From positions 1 through 56,491 of the IMG/VR virus record IMGVR_UViG_3300048834_000448: a DNA stretch of 56,491 nucleotides. One strand, 5' to 3'. The DNA comes from a virus. Lineage: Duplodnaviria; Caudoviricetes. Under the pieces are notes generated by a model, which saw nothing but the letters and a program-made list of their open reading frames with translations, was not told the origin of the DNA and ran no database searches. Below are positions 1-9,272 of the stretch, piece after piece (position 1 is the first letter of the stretch; each line of letters begins with the position of its first letter). A program made the position numbers and the translations under genes.

Positions 1-127
1 AACGCCGACTACTGCGCCGTCGCCAACGGGCTAGGGCTTCAGTCCCCGTCGGCGGAAGGGGCAAAGGGCGGGGTCATCAATGTCGTCAGAGAGACACTGG
101 ACTTTTCTCTGGGGAGCATCTTGCTTC
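1..127. repeat. Terminal direct repeat, identical to 56365-56491 (circular assembly overlap)
   Basis: 127-bp exact match to the window end; it lies inside polA, whose frame continues across it; 127 is a common assembler k-mer length. Confidence 0.95.
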
Positions 128-381
128 CCGATGAGAGAGGCCCTACGCTCAAACCAATCTGCTTCATCCACGACGAGATCGTGGGCGAAGTCAGAGACGA
201 TGACCTCGCTCACGACAGAGTGATGCGAGTTTGCAAGTTGATGGTGGACGCGATGCGGGTAGTGACCCCGGATGTGACACCGAAGGTAGAAGCGTGTCTG
301 ATGCGTCGATGGGACAAGGACGCTGAGGCCGTGTACGATGAAAACAACCGACTTGTCCCGTATGAATCGAAAGGAGCCTAA
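1..381 (+). CDS. polA: Family A DNA polymerase, C-terminal part (continues from 54589)
   Basis: Frame 1 reads ANGLGLQSPSAEGAK and motif C FIHDEIV; in frame with the ORF starting at 54589. Confidence 0.93.
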   Translation, partial: NADYCAVANGLGLQSPSAEGAKGGVINVVRETLDFSLGSILLPDERGPTLKPICFIHDEIVGEVRDDDLAHDRVMRVCKLMVDAMRVVTPDVTPKVEACLMRRWDKDAEAVYDENNRLVPYESKGA

Positions 382-383
382 CA

Positions 384-818
384 ATGGCACGCAAGAAGAC
401 CGCGAAGAAGAGCCCGAAACGAAAGCCCGCCAAGAAGACCACCAAGAAGAAGGTCGCGAAGACAGCATCCCGGCCCCGCTCGACCCGAACCCCCCGCTCC
501 GGCGGCCCAGGCAAGATCTCCAAGGTCTCTGCCAAGGATGTGAACCCCGTCTACACCGGCACAGCCCGAGGATCTCAGTACGACGCCCTGTTCGAGCAGA
601 TGCAGGGCCTCGACCCGAGCAAGCCTGATGTGGTGCTGAAGGCGTACCCGCCCGATGGCGTGGACGCCCGCACCTATCAGTCCCGCGTCAACAGCACCAT
701 GCTCGCCCGCAAGTTCCAGCGGCCCAAGGGCTACACCTACTACAAGCGGGTGTGCGTCGATGAGCATGGCTTCCAGTATCTGGCGATCTCGATCACCCCC
801 GAGCGCAACTACGCCTGA
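384..818 (+). CDS. Basic protein with a histone H1-like Lys/Arg-rich N-terminal tail, putative DNA-binding
   Basis: SD AAGGAG; MARKKTAKKSPKRKPAKKTTKKKVAK; strong GC3 codon bias. Confidence 0.7.
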   Translation: MARKKTAKKSPKRKPAKKTTKKKVAKTASRPRSTRTPRSGGPGKISKVSAKDVNPVYTGTARGSQYDALFEQMQGLDPSKPDVVLKAYPPDGVDARTYQSRVNSTMLARKFQRPKGYTYYKRVCVDEHGFQYLAISITPERNYA

Positions 819-831
819 TCCAGCAGGAAGC

Positions 832-867
832 AAGACCCGCAGGGCGGCCCCCGCTCTCGGGTCTTTT
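832..867 (+). terminator. Probable intrinsic terminator
   Basis: AAGACCCG...CGGGTCTTTT with an inner GC hairpin. Confidence 0.55.
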
Positions 868-882
868 ACGAAGGAGACTGAG

Positions 883-1422
883 ATGAACAGAGCGGTTTGG
901 GAGGTTCTCCCTGTCGGCTACATTGCCTCGGCGTACACGAAAGGCGACACAGGCATCAACACCCGCAACTCGATGCTCCTGTGGGATCGCCTGCTGGACA
1001 CAGGAGAGGTGCTGCCGGTTTGTCCTTTGTGGTCGCACTTCCAGCACATCCTGATGCCAAGACCCTACGAGGACTGGCTTCGGTACGATCTGGCTCTCCT
1101 ACATCGCTACGACTTCATTATCCGCATTCGCGGCGAGTCGTCGGGCGCAGACAGGGAGGTTGAGTATTTCACTCAGGTGCTAAATCGCCCGGTGTTCTAT
1201 CTCGACAACAGAGACGCCCCTCTCGATGAAGTGATTGCTTGGGCGAGGGAGTGGACGAAGGAGAAGAGGGAGAACGAAAAGTTGATCTGGTTGCAGGATC
1301 AGGCCATCGAGAAACTCAACTCTCAGTATCCCGTCTCGACCGCTGACATCGACGACTGGCACGACGAGAGAAGGGCGAGGGGAGTGTTCACCGACATCGC
1401 TCAGCCGTGGTGGGCAAAGTGA
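883..1422 (+). CDS. DUF4406/DUF1937-like protein (nucleoside deoxyribosyltransferase-like fold)
   Basis: SD AAGGAG before ATG 883; YIASAYTKGD, PLWSHF, GESSGADREV motifs. Confidence 0.65.
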   Translation: MNRAVWEVLPVGYIASAYTKGDTGINTRNSMLLWDRLLDTGEVLPVCPLWSHFQHILMPRPYEDWLRYDLALLHRYDFIIRIRGESSGADREVEYFTQVLNRPVFYLDNRDAPLDEVIAWAREWTKEKRENEKLIWLQDQAIEKLNSQYPVSTADIDDWHDERRARGVFTDIAQPWWAK

Positions 1423-2042
1423 GCCGCAAACTCTGCATCGGCATCGACCCCGACCTCCACTCCTCTGGCATCGCTTTCGTAGCTGAGGACACCGGCGAAC
1501 TCGTCGGCGTGGCCGTTCTTCGAGAGATAGTCAAGAAGAAAGGCCGTGAGGCGTGCGTGGAAGCGGCGGTCCGCATCGCCGGGTTTCAGAAGTTGGAGTA
1601 CCCCTTCTACCCGTTCATCTGGGAAACCGAGTGGCCAGACAGCATATTTGCTGCTGCCGCCGTTGAGGGGCAGGAGGCCGTGTACGCCGCGAAGCACGGG
1701 GCAGGGCCCCGCCCGCTCATCCTGCTGGCCCATGTCTCGGGTGCATGGCTCAACGCCCTTGCGCCCATGACGGCCAACCTCTACCTTCCTGCCCCCGCCG
1801 AGTGGAAGGGTCAGGTGCCCAAGCACATCAAGCAGGGCCGCATCGCGGCGAAGATCGGCGTCGAGGTCGATGTGGTCTGCCCGAGCAGTCCCTACTGTGT
1901 GCCAAAAGACCCGAGCAAGATCCCCGGCGGCGACAAGATCAAGAAGGCCGAATGGAGCGAGGTGTTCGACGCCATTGGCTTGGCGTTGTACGCGAGAGAG
2001 CAATACATGAAAGAAGGGAAGAAGAATGTTCGCAGAGGTTGA
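1419..2042 (+). CDS. RuvC-like Holliday junction resolvase
   Basis: IGIDPD, VE, PAEWK and DAIGLA acidic motifs; GTGA overlap with the upstream stop. Confidence 0.75.
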   Translation: MSRKLCIGIDPDLHSSGIAFVAEDTGELVGVAVLREIVKKKGREACVEAAVRIAGFQKLEYPFYPFIWETEWPDSIFAAAAVEGQEAVYAAKHGAGPRPLILLAHVSGAWLNALAPMTANLYLPAPAEWKGQVPKHIKQGRIAAKIGVEVDVVCPSSPYCVPKDPSKIPGGDKIKKAEWSEVFDAIGLALYAREQYMKEGKKNVRRG

Positions 2043-2940
2043 AACGGGAGAGTGTCTCGAAGTGATGCGCTCGCTCGATGCTGATTGCGTTGACGCGATC
2101 GTGACCGACCCACCCTACGGCCTCGCGTTCATGGGCAAGTCGTGGGATCACGCCGTACCCGGACCGGAGTTCTTCGCGGAGATGCTGCGGGTTGCCAAGC
2201 CCGGCGCGCACCTGCTGTCGTTCGGCGGGACGCGGCTGTACCACCGCACGACCTGCGCGATCGAGGACGCGGGCTGGGAAGTGCGCGACTGTTTGATGTG
2301 GCTGTACGGGAGCGGGTTCCCGAAAAGCCACAACGGGCCCTGGGGCGGCACGGCCCTCAAGCCCGCGTGGGAACCGATCGTCCTCGCGCGCAAGCCGCTA
2401 GTCGGCACGGTGGCGGCGAATGTGACGAAGCACGGCACGGGCGGGATGAACATTGATGGGTGCAGGATTCCATGTAGCGACAAACTTACTGCGCCACAAA
2501 GCGACCCGCACAAGCGAGGAATGCGTGCCGGAGAGTATTGCATTTCTACCCGCGATACTACAGCGATGCGCGACGCTCAACGGGAGAGCATTGAGCGGAC
2601 AGTGCTACTTGGCCGCTGGCCCGCGAACCTTGTGCTTGACGAGGGCGTGACGGACGCCGATTGGACCCGCTACTTCTACTCTGCTAAGGCCAACAAGAAG
2701 GACAGGGGAGAGGGAAACCACCACCCCACCGTCAAGCCCACCGACCTCATGCGCTGGCTCTGCCGCCTTATCACGCCCGAGGGCGGGACCGTGCTCGACC
2801 CGTTCTGCGGGTCCGGCTCCACGGGCAAGGCGGCTGTGCTTGAGGGCTTCGACTTTGTGGGCATCGAACGCGAGGCGGAATACGCCGAGATCGCCCGGGC
2901 ACGCATCGCAGATGCAATCAAACAGAAGGAGTCAAAGTAA
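2026..2940 (+). CDS. N6-adenine/N4-cytosine DNA methyltransferase (beta class), orphan
   Basis: TDPPY, HPTVKP and LDPFCGSGSTG motifs. Confidence 0.92.
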   Translation: MFAEVETGECLEVMRSLDADCVDAIVTDPPYGLAFMGKSWDHAVPGPEFFAEMLRVAKPGAHLLSFGGTRLYHRTTCAIEDAGWEVRDCLMWLYGSGFPKSHNGPWGGTALKPAWEPIVLARKPLVGTVAANVTKHGTGGMNIDGCRIPCSDKLTAPQSDPHKRGMRAGEYCISTRDTTAMRDAQRESIERTVLLGRWPANLVLDEGVTDADWTRYFYSAKANKKDRGEGNHHPTVKPTDLMRWLCRLITPEGGTVLDPFCGSGSTGKAAVLEGFDFVGIEREAEYAEIARARIADAIKQKESK

Positions 2941-3521
2941 TGCTAAGTAGGGATTTCCTTGAGAGGTTCCAGATAGCGAACCTCATGCGAGTGGACGAGG
3001 CGTTCGCTCCGCTGAAGTCGTGGACCCCCTGTGACTGGATCGCGTGCCTTCAAGGCGAGATCGGCGAGGCCATCAACAAGGCCAAGAAGATCAAGCGGGT
3101 CGAGTCCGGGCTGGGCGACATCAACTCCGACGAACTGATGGCCCGGCTCAGGCACGACCTCGGCGAGGAACTTGCCGACTGCTTCGTGTACGCGATGCTG
3201 ATCGCTCATCAATGGCGGATTCATTCTTTCACTGTGTCTGGTTGTCTTCAGGGCGTAGACAACAACAGCAATCTTGAGTATTATCGCAAGACAGCCGGAA
3301 GCGGATTCAATGGCTTCATGCGACTGAGCATAGTCTGCAATAGCATGTTCGAGTATGAGTCCAACGGAGGATGCTATCGAGACTCTCGTGAAGATTATGT
3401 CTCTGAGGTGATCGTCTGGATCACCGTCCTTGCCGAACACCACGGCATCGACTTCGAGACCGCCATCATCGAGAAGTTCAACGAGACCTCATCCAAGTCA
3501 GGGAGCAAGATTTTCCTATGA
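2940..3521 (+). CDS. MazG-like nucleotide pyrophosphohydrolase
   Basis: GEIGEA...LGEELAD and C-terminal GIDFETAIIEKFN. Confidence 0.75.
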   Translation: MLSRDFLERFQIANLMRVDEAFAPLKSWTPCDWIACLQGEIGEAINKAKKIKRVESGLGDINSDELMARLRHDLGEELADCFVYAMLIAHQWRIHSFTVSGCLQGVDNNSNLEYYRKTAGSGFNGFMRLSIVCNSMFEYESNGGCYRDSREDYVSEVIVWITVLAEHHGIDFETAIIEKFNETSSKSGSKIFL

Positions 3522-4093
3522 GACCGAATCTCATCTTCGTCATGGGTCCGACTTGCTCCGGCAAGAGTACCTTGTTGCAGATCGCCTCGCAGATGTCGCC
3601 CAGCGTCGGCCTTGTCGAGGTCGGCAAGATGCTCCGCGCCAAGTACCCGCCCTCTCACTTCGCGGGTCAGTGCAACCCCGCCCACACGGCGGGCGAGGCG
3701 TGGGATCTCTGTCGCTCCGAGGTGGACCGCCTGACCGAGGGCAGGAAGGGCATCATCCTCGTTGACGGCCAGCCGCGAGATCGGCACCATGTCGAGAAGA
3801 TCTACGAGCACTTCGTCCGCAAGGGCAAGTACAAGGTCCGCTTCATCCTCGTGGACGCGGAACTCGCCGAGCGAGAGCGTCGAGCCCGAGCGTCACGCTC
3901 CGGCGAAGACCTTGAGACCCTGGCCATTCCCCGTCTCACGAACGACATGATCTCGAACTACACGGTCATGGTCGAGATCATCAAGCAAGGCGGGAGCATC
4001 GAGGTCTTCGACTCCACGAACATGAAGCACATGTCCCCGTCTGACATGTTCGCTCCATTGATCCGCGACATCATCTTCAATGCGAAGGGCTGA
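3518..4093 (+). CDS. P-loop nucleoside monophosphate kinase (adenylate kinase-like)
   Basis: GPTCSGKST Walker A; VGKMLR; LVDGQPR. Confidence 0.8.
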   Translation: MRPNLIFVMGPTCSGKSTLLQIASQMSPSVGLVEVGKMLRAKYPPSHFAGQCNPAHTAGEAWDLCRSEVDRLTEGRKGIILVDGQPRDRHHVEKIYEHFVRKGKYKVRFILVDAELAERERRARASRSGEDLETLAIPRLTNDMISNYTVMVEIIKQGGSIEVFDSTNMKHMSPSDMFAPLIRDIIFNAKG

Positions 4094-4095
4094 AC

Positions 4096-4407
4096 TTGGG
4101 CACGCAATTCCCCACACCACGAGATGCCAGCAACCATCTGCTGGCGGCGATCGACACCATCCTCGGCGACGGGTACAAGATCAAGGGCATCAAGCCCGAG
4201 GAGGTCATCATCGAGCACGAGCCGCCCGGCAACGACATGGCCCCGCTCGACGAACCGACCGGCCCCGTGCCCGATCAGTCCTTGGCCATCGCTCTGGGCA
4301 TGGGCAAGGGACAGGGCGATCTCTCCAACTGCTGCGGTGCTCTCACCGAGATGAAGGGCACCTGCAAGTATTGCATGAACTGCGGAAGTTCTGACGGATG
4401 CTCTTGA
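4096..4407 (+). CDS. Small Cys-rich protein resembling the C-terminal Zn-ribbon of class II ribonucleotide reductases
   Basis: TTG start; ends SNCCGALTEMKGTCKYCMNCGSSDGCS. Confidence 0.5.
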   Translation: MGTQFPTPRDASNHLLAAIDTILGDGYKIKGIKPEEVIIEHEPPGNDMAPLDEPTGPVPDQSLAIALGMGKGQGDLSNCCGALTEMKGTCKYCMNCGSSDGCS

Positions 4408-4408
4408 T

Positions 4409-5005
4409 TTAGATCCCGATCTCCGTCACATCCTTCTCTCGGAACCGACCGCCCATCCTCATCTTGACATACTCAGAGAAGTCCTTCTGAGCGATCCGGC
4501 CTGCCGCCTCGCGGAAGCCGGACATGCCGCCCCCTTCGTTCTCAAAGAACCGAGTGGGCGGTGTTCGTTTACGGATCTGCTTCGTGATGATGACCGGCGA
4601 ATCGTAAGGGTCGCCGCCCGCCTCGATCCACGCCTGACGCACCAGCCAAGCCCGCAGGAACTCCTCACGGCTCAGCGACCGCAGGGACGACCTACGGCGG
4701 GGCGTGGTGCCTTTGACGCCTCTGCGGGGATCGTTGCGGGGGTCTTTCCAGAAGACCATGTACGAGCCCTTCACGAAGGGCTTGCGGCCATCGTGGGCGT
4801 AGACCGCCCAGTAGTGCGGGATGCGGACCCTCGCCTCGATCGTGAACGCCGCCCGACTGCGGCGAGTCGAGCGAGCGACCTCAAGGTACATGGCCCGGGA
4901 CAGGGTACCGCTGACCGCACGGACGCGAGGGCGGGCGATCCGAAGGGCCGCCTCGCCCAGCCGTCTCGCCAACCTTCGCTGGAATCGAAGGTTGTCCAGT
5001 GTCAT
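4409..5005 (-). CDS. Putative virion morphogenesis/neck protein (HK97 gp10-like)
   Basis: Basic 198 aa with HYWAVYAHDG and PPTRFF motifs; last gene of the portal operon. Confidence 0.45.
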   Translation of the reverse strand: MTLDNLRFQRRLARRLGEAALRIARPRVRAVSGTLSRAMYLEVARSTRRSRAAFTIEARVRIPHYWAVYAHDGRKPFVKGSYMVFWKDPRNDPRRGVKGTTPRRRSSLRSLSREEFLRAWLVRQAWIEAGGDPYDSPVIITKQIRKRTPPTRFFENEGGGMSGFREAAGRIAQKDFSEYVKMRMGGRFREKDVTEIGI

Positions 5006-5283
5006 CGAGATGCCTTCCGAAGAATGGTCAGGTCAGTGATGACGCCCTTGGCGATCGCGTAGTTGTGGATGTTCTCCTTGTTCTCCGCGCGAGGCCACTC
5101 GCTAGGGTCGGCGTGAACCCAGCAGTCGATGACATACGCCCTGGGCGTGATGACCCCGACCTTGCCGAAGATCAGGTATTCCACGGCATCGTCGTTGTTC
5201 TCGTGGTGGTCGAGGAACTTGATCTCCACCACATCACCGATTTGGGGAATGACCTTCTTGACTCGCCGTTTGGGCTTTCTCAT
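5002..5283 (-). CDS. Hypothetical protein
   Basis: ATGA overlaps with both neighbours; upstream GAGGGA. Confidence 0.6.
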   Translation of the reverse strand: MRKPKRRVKKVIPQIGDVVEIKFLDHHENNDDAVEYLIFGKVGVITPRAYVIDCWVHADPSEWPRAENKENIHNYAIAKGVITDLTILRKASR

Positions 5284-6578
5284 TTGTCCCTCGCGTAAAC
5301 GCTGGCCATACCTGCGAAGCCGTGCTCCCCATAACGCCACACATCGGCGCAACGGACGGCGTTGTATCCCTGCTCGTGATGCCACGCATCAGACTGGGCC
5401 AGGGACGGGTTGATGCGGAAGGTCACTGAGCCCACCGAGTCCACGGTCACTTGGTCGATCTGCTTGCGGTGGTGCTTGTCTCCCGTGTGCCACTCGCGGC
5501 ATACGGCACCGTTCCAGTGCTCGGATGCCTCGTCGGCCATGATGCGGAATGTCTCTTTCGGGTTGATCTTGTCGCCGTGGGTGAAGCCCAGCAGCGTCTT
5601 GCCCCATGTGCGGTACTTCCGCACGCCCGGCCCGACATCGACGCTCACGCGGGGATCGTTCCTGTACCTCTGCTTGAGCCAGTGGCACAGATGCAAAGAG
5701 GCAACCATGTCGTGGTTGCCTCGCACCAGAAGGATCTCGATGTCGTCGCAGAACTCAAGAGACCTGTCCACCTGATGAGCGAGCACATCATGGCAGGCTC
5801 GGAGCACGCGAGGGTAGCGGGAGTCTTGATCGACGGTGACTCTGCCGCTGGATGTCTCGCCTCGGTAGTTGTCGAAGTGCATGAAGTCGTTGCCGACCGG
5901 GATCAGGATCTTCCCGATCTCGTAGCGACCGACATCATCGAGGATGTCGTCGACGGCGTTCTTGGCCCGCCGCCCGGCGATGTTGGTGTCGTAATCCTTG
6001 CCGACTTCCTCGCCCCAGCAGAGCGAGCCGATGTGCGCATCGTAGAGGCCGAAGACCGCCAACTGAGCCAGCGGCGTGATGTCCTTGATCGCACGCTTCT
6101 TCGGGGCCGGAAGCGGTTTGATCCGCTCGGCCAACACCTTGGCCACGGCCTCGACGCTCTCGGGGACGATCCGCTCGATCCAGATCTTCAACTGGCAGAG
6201 CGTGACCTTCTGGGCCGTCGCCGTCTCCTTGTCGCCCTTCTTGTAGAAGCCCTGCCACTGGTTGGGGCTCAGCCGCGTGACCCGCCAGCAGAGCGGGTCA
6301 AGGTCGTACTTCTTCAGGATGTCCTCGGGCGAGGGCATCTTGTAGTCGGTGAGTTCCAGCCAGCCGGTGCCGCTCTGGATGTCGATGTCCCCCTTGACGC
6401 CCACGGGCGGCGGGGTCTCCTCTCGCTTCTTCTCCACCCGCTCTGACGCGACGATTCTCGAACGGAGAGTGCTCGGGGGAATACCGAGAGCCCTGGCTGC
6501 CGCCGTGGGCGTGCCGTGCTTCTCCAACGCCTCGCGAGCCTCGATGAGCAACTCATCGGAAATTCCCGGGTTTGCCAT
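5280..6578 (-). CDS. N-terminal HTH plus calcineurin-like metallophosphoesterase
   Basis: AAARALGIPPSTLRSR HTH; DAHIG, GND, GNHD, THGD and HTGDKHH motifs. Confidence 0.85.
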   Translation of the reverse strand: MANPGISDELLIEAREALEKHGTPTAAARALGIPPSTLRSRIVASERVEKKREETPPPVGVKGDIDIQSGTGWLELTDYKMPSPEDILKKYDLDPLCWRVTRLSPNQWQGFYKKGDKETATAQKVTLCQLKIWIERIVPESVEAVAKVLAERIKPLPAPKKRAIKDITPLAQLAVFGLYDAHIGSLCWGEEVGKDYDTNIAGRRAKNAVDDILDDVGRYEIGKILIPVGNDFMHFDNYRGETSSGRVTVDQDSRYPRVLRACHDVLAHQVDRSLEFCDDIEILLVRGNHDMVASLHLCHWLKQRYRNDPRVSVDVGPGVRKYRTWGKTLLGFTHGDKINPKETFRIMADEASEHWNGAVCREWHTGDKHHRKQIDQVTVDSVGSVTFRINPSLAQSDAWHHEQGYNAVRCADVWRYGEHGFAGMASVYARDK

Positions 6579-6580
6579 GC

Positions 6581-8017
6581 TTAGTCCTTTGTTCCGGCCT
6601 TCAGATCTCGGCCTTCGTTCTTGGCCTGCATGGGAGACTGTCTCATGCGAGAGACAGTATCCATTGTTCCGACATCAATCTCGTCGGTGATCTTCTTCAA
6701 CTCGAAATCTTCAGGGCTCAGGCCCTCGACCCCGAATCGCGGATCGGCGAGAGTAGAACCCAACGCCTGATAAAAAATCAACTGACGCTGCCTGATGCAG
6801 AGAAGTTGGAACGCCATGAGGGCGTTGGGCAGTTCGTTGGTCGCGCCCAACTTCCCGGGGATCTGGATGCCCGCGAGCAGCGGCGGGACCTTGTGGGCCG
6901 ACACGATGCCGGTGGCGAGGTTCTCTCGGCTGGACGAGAGTTTGTCGAGGGTGTCGGACGACTCGCCGATGCGCTCGATCTGGATGTCGGCGTTATCGCT
7001 GAACTCCGGGATCTGAAGGGCGAGGGTCTTGAAAGTGTTGCCCAAGCCGATGTGGTTCTTGAGCGCGTCGGTGATGGCCTTCCATTCCGTGTCCCCGAAC
7101 GAGATGCCCTTGAAGAACAGCATCATCTCCGGCACGCCTCGGTTCAGGTAGTAGTCGAAGTTGTGCTGCATCATCATCTGCATGAGTTCGATCGTGGCCA
7201 CACACGAGAGCCATGTAGGCCGACCGTACCAGCGATCCTTCGACGACGGCATTCTAATCTGGATGACCTCGGAGACCGAATCCCTATCGACCTCGCCGGA
7301 AGTGACCATCTGGATCTCTGCACTGAGTTCGGGGGAGGCCAGTCGTTGGAGGAACTCTTCCTTTTGGCCGAAGGGCGCAAAGCGGAGCGGAGTCAGGTCC
7401 ACCCCGTCGAAGCCCTCGACCTCGAAGTGGTGCGTGCCTCTGTTGTCTTCCAAGAAGATGTAGACTGATGGGGCCGGGATGTGGTGGATGCCGGTGATCT
7501 TCCCTTGGTCGTTGCGGACGATCTCCAAGTATCCGGCCCCGGTGTGCTCGAAGTCCTGACCGACTTGCAGCAGAGTATCCATCCAAGAGATTCTGCACAG
7601 AGGATTCAGAATCTTATCAACTTTGGCAAGAGTCTTCTCCGGCTCAGGGAGATCCCTTACTGAGAGCAGCGGAGGATCTCCTGCCAGAGTCAACTGCTTC
7701 ACCTTCTCACGGTACTCTTTCTCGGCCTCCGTCACGAAGCCCAGCCCCACGGTCGCCCCGACCTTGGCAGAGATACAAGCGGAGTGATACTCGTTAGCAT
7801 CGTCAAAGTCGATAACCGCCTGCATGTCGAAGGGGTGGTACCGGCGGCCAGGCATGGTGCCCTGCTTGGACGCCGCCTCCCGCTGGGCGGGAACCTCCTT
7901 GCGGAGCAGGGCGTTCAACAATGTGCCCTCTCGGGGCATCGGGAAGAGGTCTTTGTGCATTCTGGGCACTGCCAAAGTCCTCTGAACGGGTCCGTCGTTG
8001 GTGACTTGCTCTGCCAT
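6581..8017 (-). CDS. Portal protein (PBSX-like)
   Basis: YHSACISAK, GAGYLEIVRN, WYGRPTW, IVSAHKVPPLLAGI motifs; SD GAGGG. Confidence 0.85.
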   Translation of the reverse strand: MAEQVTNDGPVQRTLAVPRMHKDLFPMPREGTLLNALLRKEVPAQREAASKQGTMPGRRYHPFDMQAVIDFDDANEYHSACISAKVGATVGLGFVTEAEKEYREKVKQLTLAGDPPLLSVRDLPEPEKTLAKVDKILNPLCRISWMDTLLQVGQDFEHTGAGYLEIVRNDQGKITGIHHIPAPSVYIFLEDNRGTHHFEVEGFDGVDLTPLRFAPFGQKEEFLQRLASPELSAEIQMVTSGEVDRDSVSEVIQIRMPSSKDRWYGRPTWLSCVATIELMQMMMQHNFDYYLNRGVPEMMLFFKGISFGDTEWKAITDALKNHIGLGNTFKTLALQIPEFSDNADIQIERIGESSDTLDKLSSSRENLATGIVSAHKVPPLLAGIQIPGKLGATNELPNALMAFQLLCIRQRQLIFYQALGSTLADPRFGVEGLSPEDFELKKITDEIDVGTMDTVSRMRQSPMQAKNEGRDLKAGTKD

Positions 8018-8034
8018 GCTGGATGCCCTCAATG

Positions 8035-8048
8035 TGCTAGATATAGCA
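8035..8048. promoter_or_regulatory. TGCTAGATATAGCA imperfect palindrome in the divergent portal/capsid intergenic region
   Basis: Exact second copy at 35085-35098; reads TGcTATATC (extended -10-like) on the minus strand. Confidence 0.45.
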
Positions 8049-8137
8049 ACTTGTTTTCTGGGACTAGAAACCGCCCGTGCGGATAGTATACTGCCTAGGC
8101 CACAAATCCAACTGCCCTCTTGCCTTGCGGAGACGAA

Positions 8138-9235
8138 ATGGCAAAGTTCAAGATTGTCAAAGCCAGAGTATCATTTATCTCGCTTTGTCAGAGAGGCGCA
8201 AATCGTCTTCCTGTCATGTACAAGTCCGAGGACGATCTGGTGTACTTCGATCCGATCGTCAAGGCCGACATGGAGCAGGGCGAACTACTCGCCGTGGTCT
8301 ACGCCCCGAACTCTGTGGACTCGCAGGACGAGTACGCCGACGCCGAGACGATCCGCGACATGGCCCACAACTTCTCGAAGAGCGGCCTCGGTATCGACAT
8401 CAAGCACAACAACACGGCCCTCCCCAAGGAGCAGGCCCATGTGGCTGAGTCGTTCATCATCCAGAAGGGTGATCCTCGATTCGCCGAAATGAAAGACTAC
8501 AGCGGGAACCCGGTCGATGTGACCGGCGGCTGGGGCGTGGTCATCAAGATTGACGACCCCGATCTCAGAAAGCAATACCGCGAAGGAAAATGGCTCGGGG
8601 TCAGCATGGGCGGCCTCGCTATCAGAGAGGCCGTCAAGAGCGGCCAAGAAGGAGACCTCGATATGACCGCAGAAGAACTCAAGAAGGCACTGGCCGAGTC
8701 GGCCACCGCCACTGCCACCGCCACTGCCACCGCTGTCACCGCAGGTCTCACCGACCTGCTCAAGACGGCCAAACTCATCCCCGACCCGGCTGCGCCCGCC
8801 GACAAGAAGCCCGAGAACGCGGCCCCCGTGTTCAAGGGCGACATGTCCGATCCGGTCGCTCGCCGCAAGCATCTCCGCGATCTCAAGGTGCACGCCCTGA
8901 CCAAGGACAACGACCCGTCTACCCCCGAGGGCTTCGAGGCCATCGAGAAGGGCATGGAGGAGATCGACGCCGAGTTCGCCGACCTGAAGCCCGTCAACTC
9001 GCCCCTCACCCCCGCCGAGAAGTCCGCCGGTTGCGAAGACACCGACACCCCCGATGTCCGCGCCCTCAAGACCAAACTCTTCAAGGCGCAGGGTCGCAGC
9101 AACCAGACGAACACCGGCGACGCCCCCGCCCCCACCGGCAACTTCATGGACTCCACCGACAAGGACGAGCAGGAAGCCATCGCCCTCATGTCCAAGATGG
9201 CTCAGGACGACTACGGCACCCCGGCCAAGGTCTGA
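8138..9235 (+). CDS. Prohead protease (XkdF-like) fused to a scaffold domain
   Basis: FISLCQRGAN, VYAPNSVDSQ, AESFI and GVSMGG motifs; low-complexity C-terminus; precedes the capsid genes. Confidence 0.85.
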   Translation: MAKFKIVKARVSFISLCQRGANRLPVMYKSEDDLVYFDPIVKADMEQGELLAVVYAPNSVDSQDEYADAETIRDMAHNFSKSGLGIDIKHNNTALPKEQAHVAESFIIQKGDPRFAEMKDYSGNPVDVTGGWGVVIKIDDPDLRKQYREGKWLGVSMGGLAIREAVKSGQEGDLDMTAEELKKALAESATATATATATAVTAGLTDLLKTAKLIPDPAAPADKKPENAAPVFKGDMSDPVARRKHLRDLKVHALTKDNDPSTPEGFEAIEKGMEEIDAEFADLKPVNSPLTPAEKSAGCEDTDTPDVRALKTKLFKAQGRSNQTNTGDAPAPTGNFMDSTDKDEQEAIALMSKMAQDDYGTPAKV

Positions 9236-9272
9236 TCTTCTCCCTCACCGCACCTCCTTCTGAAAGAATCGC

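Noticed and set aside
1-127. Terminal repeat as a biological direct terminal repeat
   Set aside because: It falls mid-polA and its 127-nt length matches an assembler k-mer overlap
2940-3521. Z-genome (2-aminoadenine) system suggested by MazG-like gene plus odd PolA
   Set aside because: No purZ or datZ-like gene recognised; strong restriction-site avoidance argues for conventional DNA
8701-8740. GCCACCGCCACT tandem repeat
   Set aside because: In-frame Ala-Thr low-complexity linker of the scaffold domain
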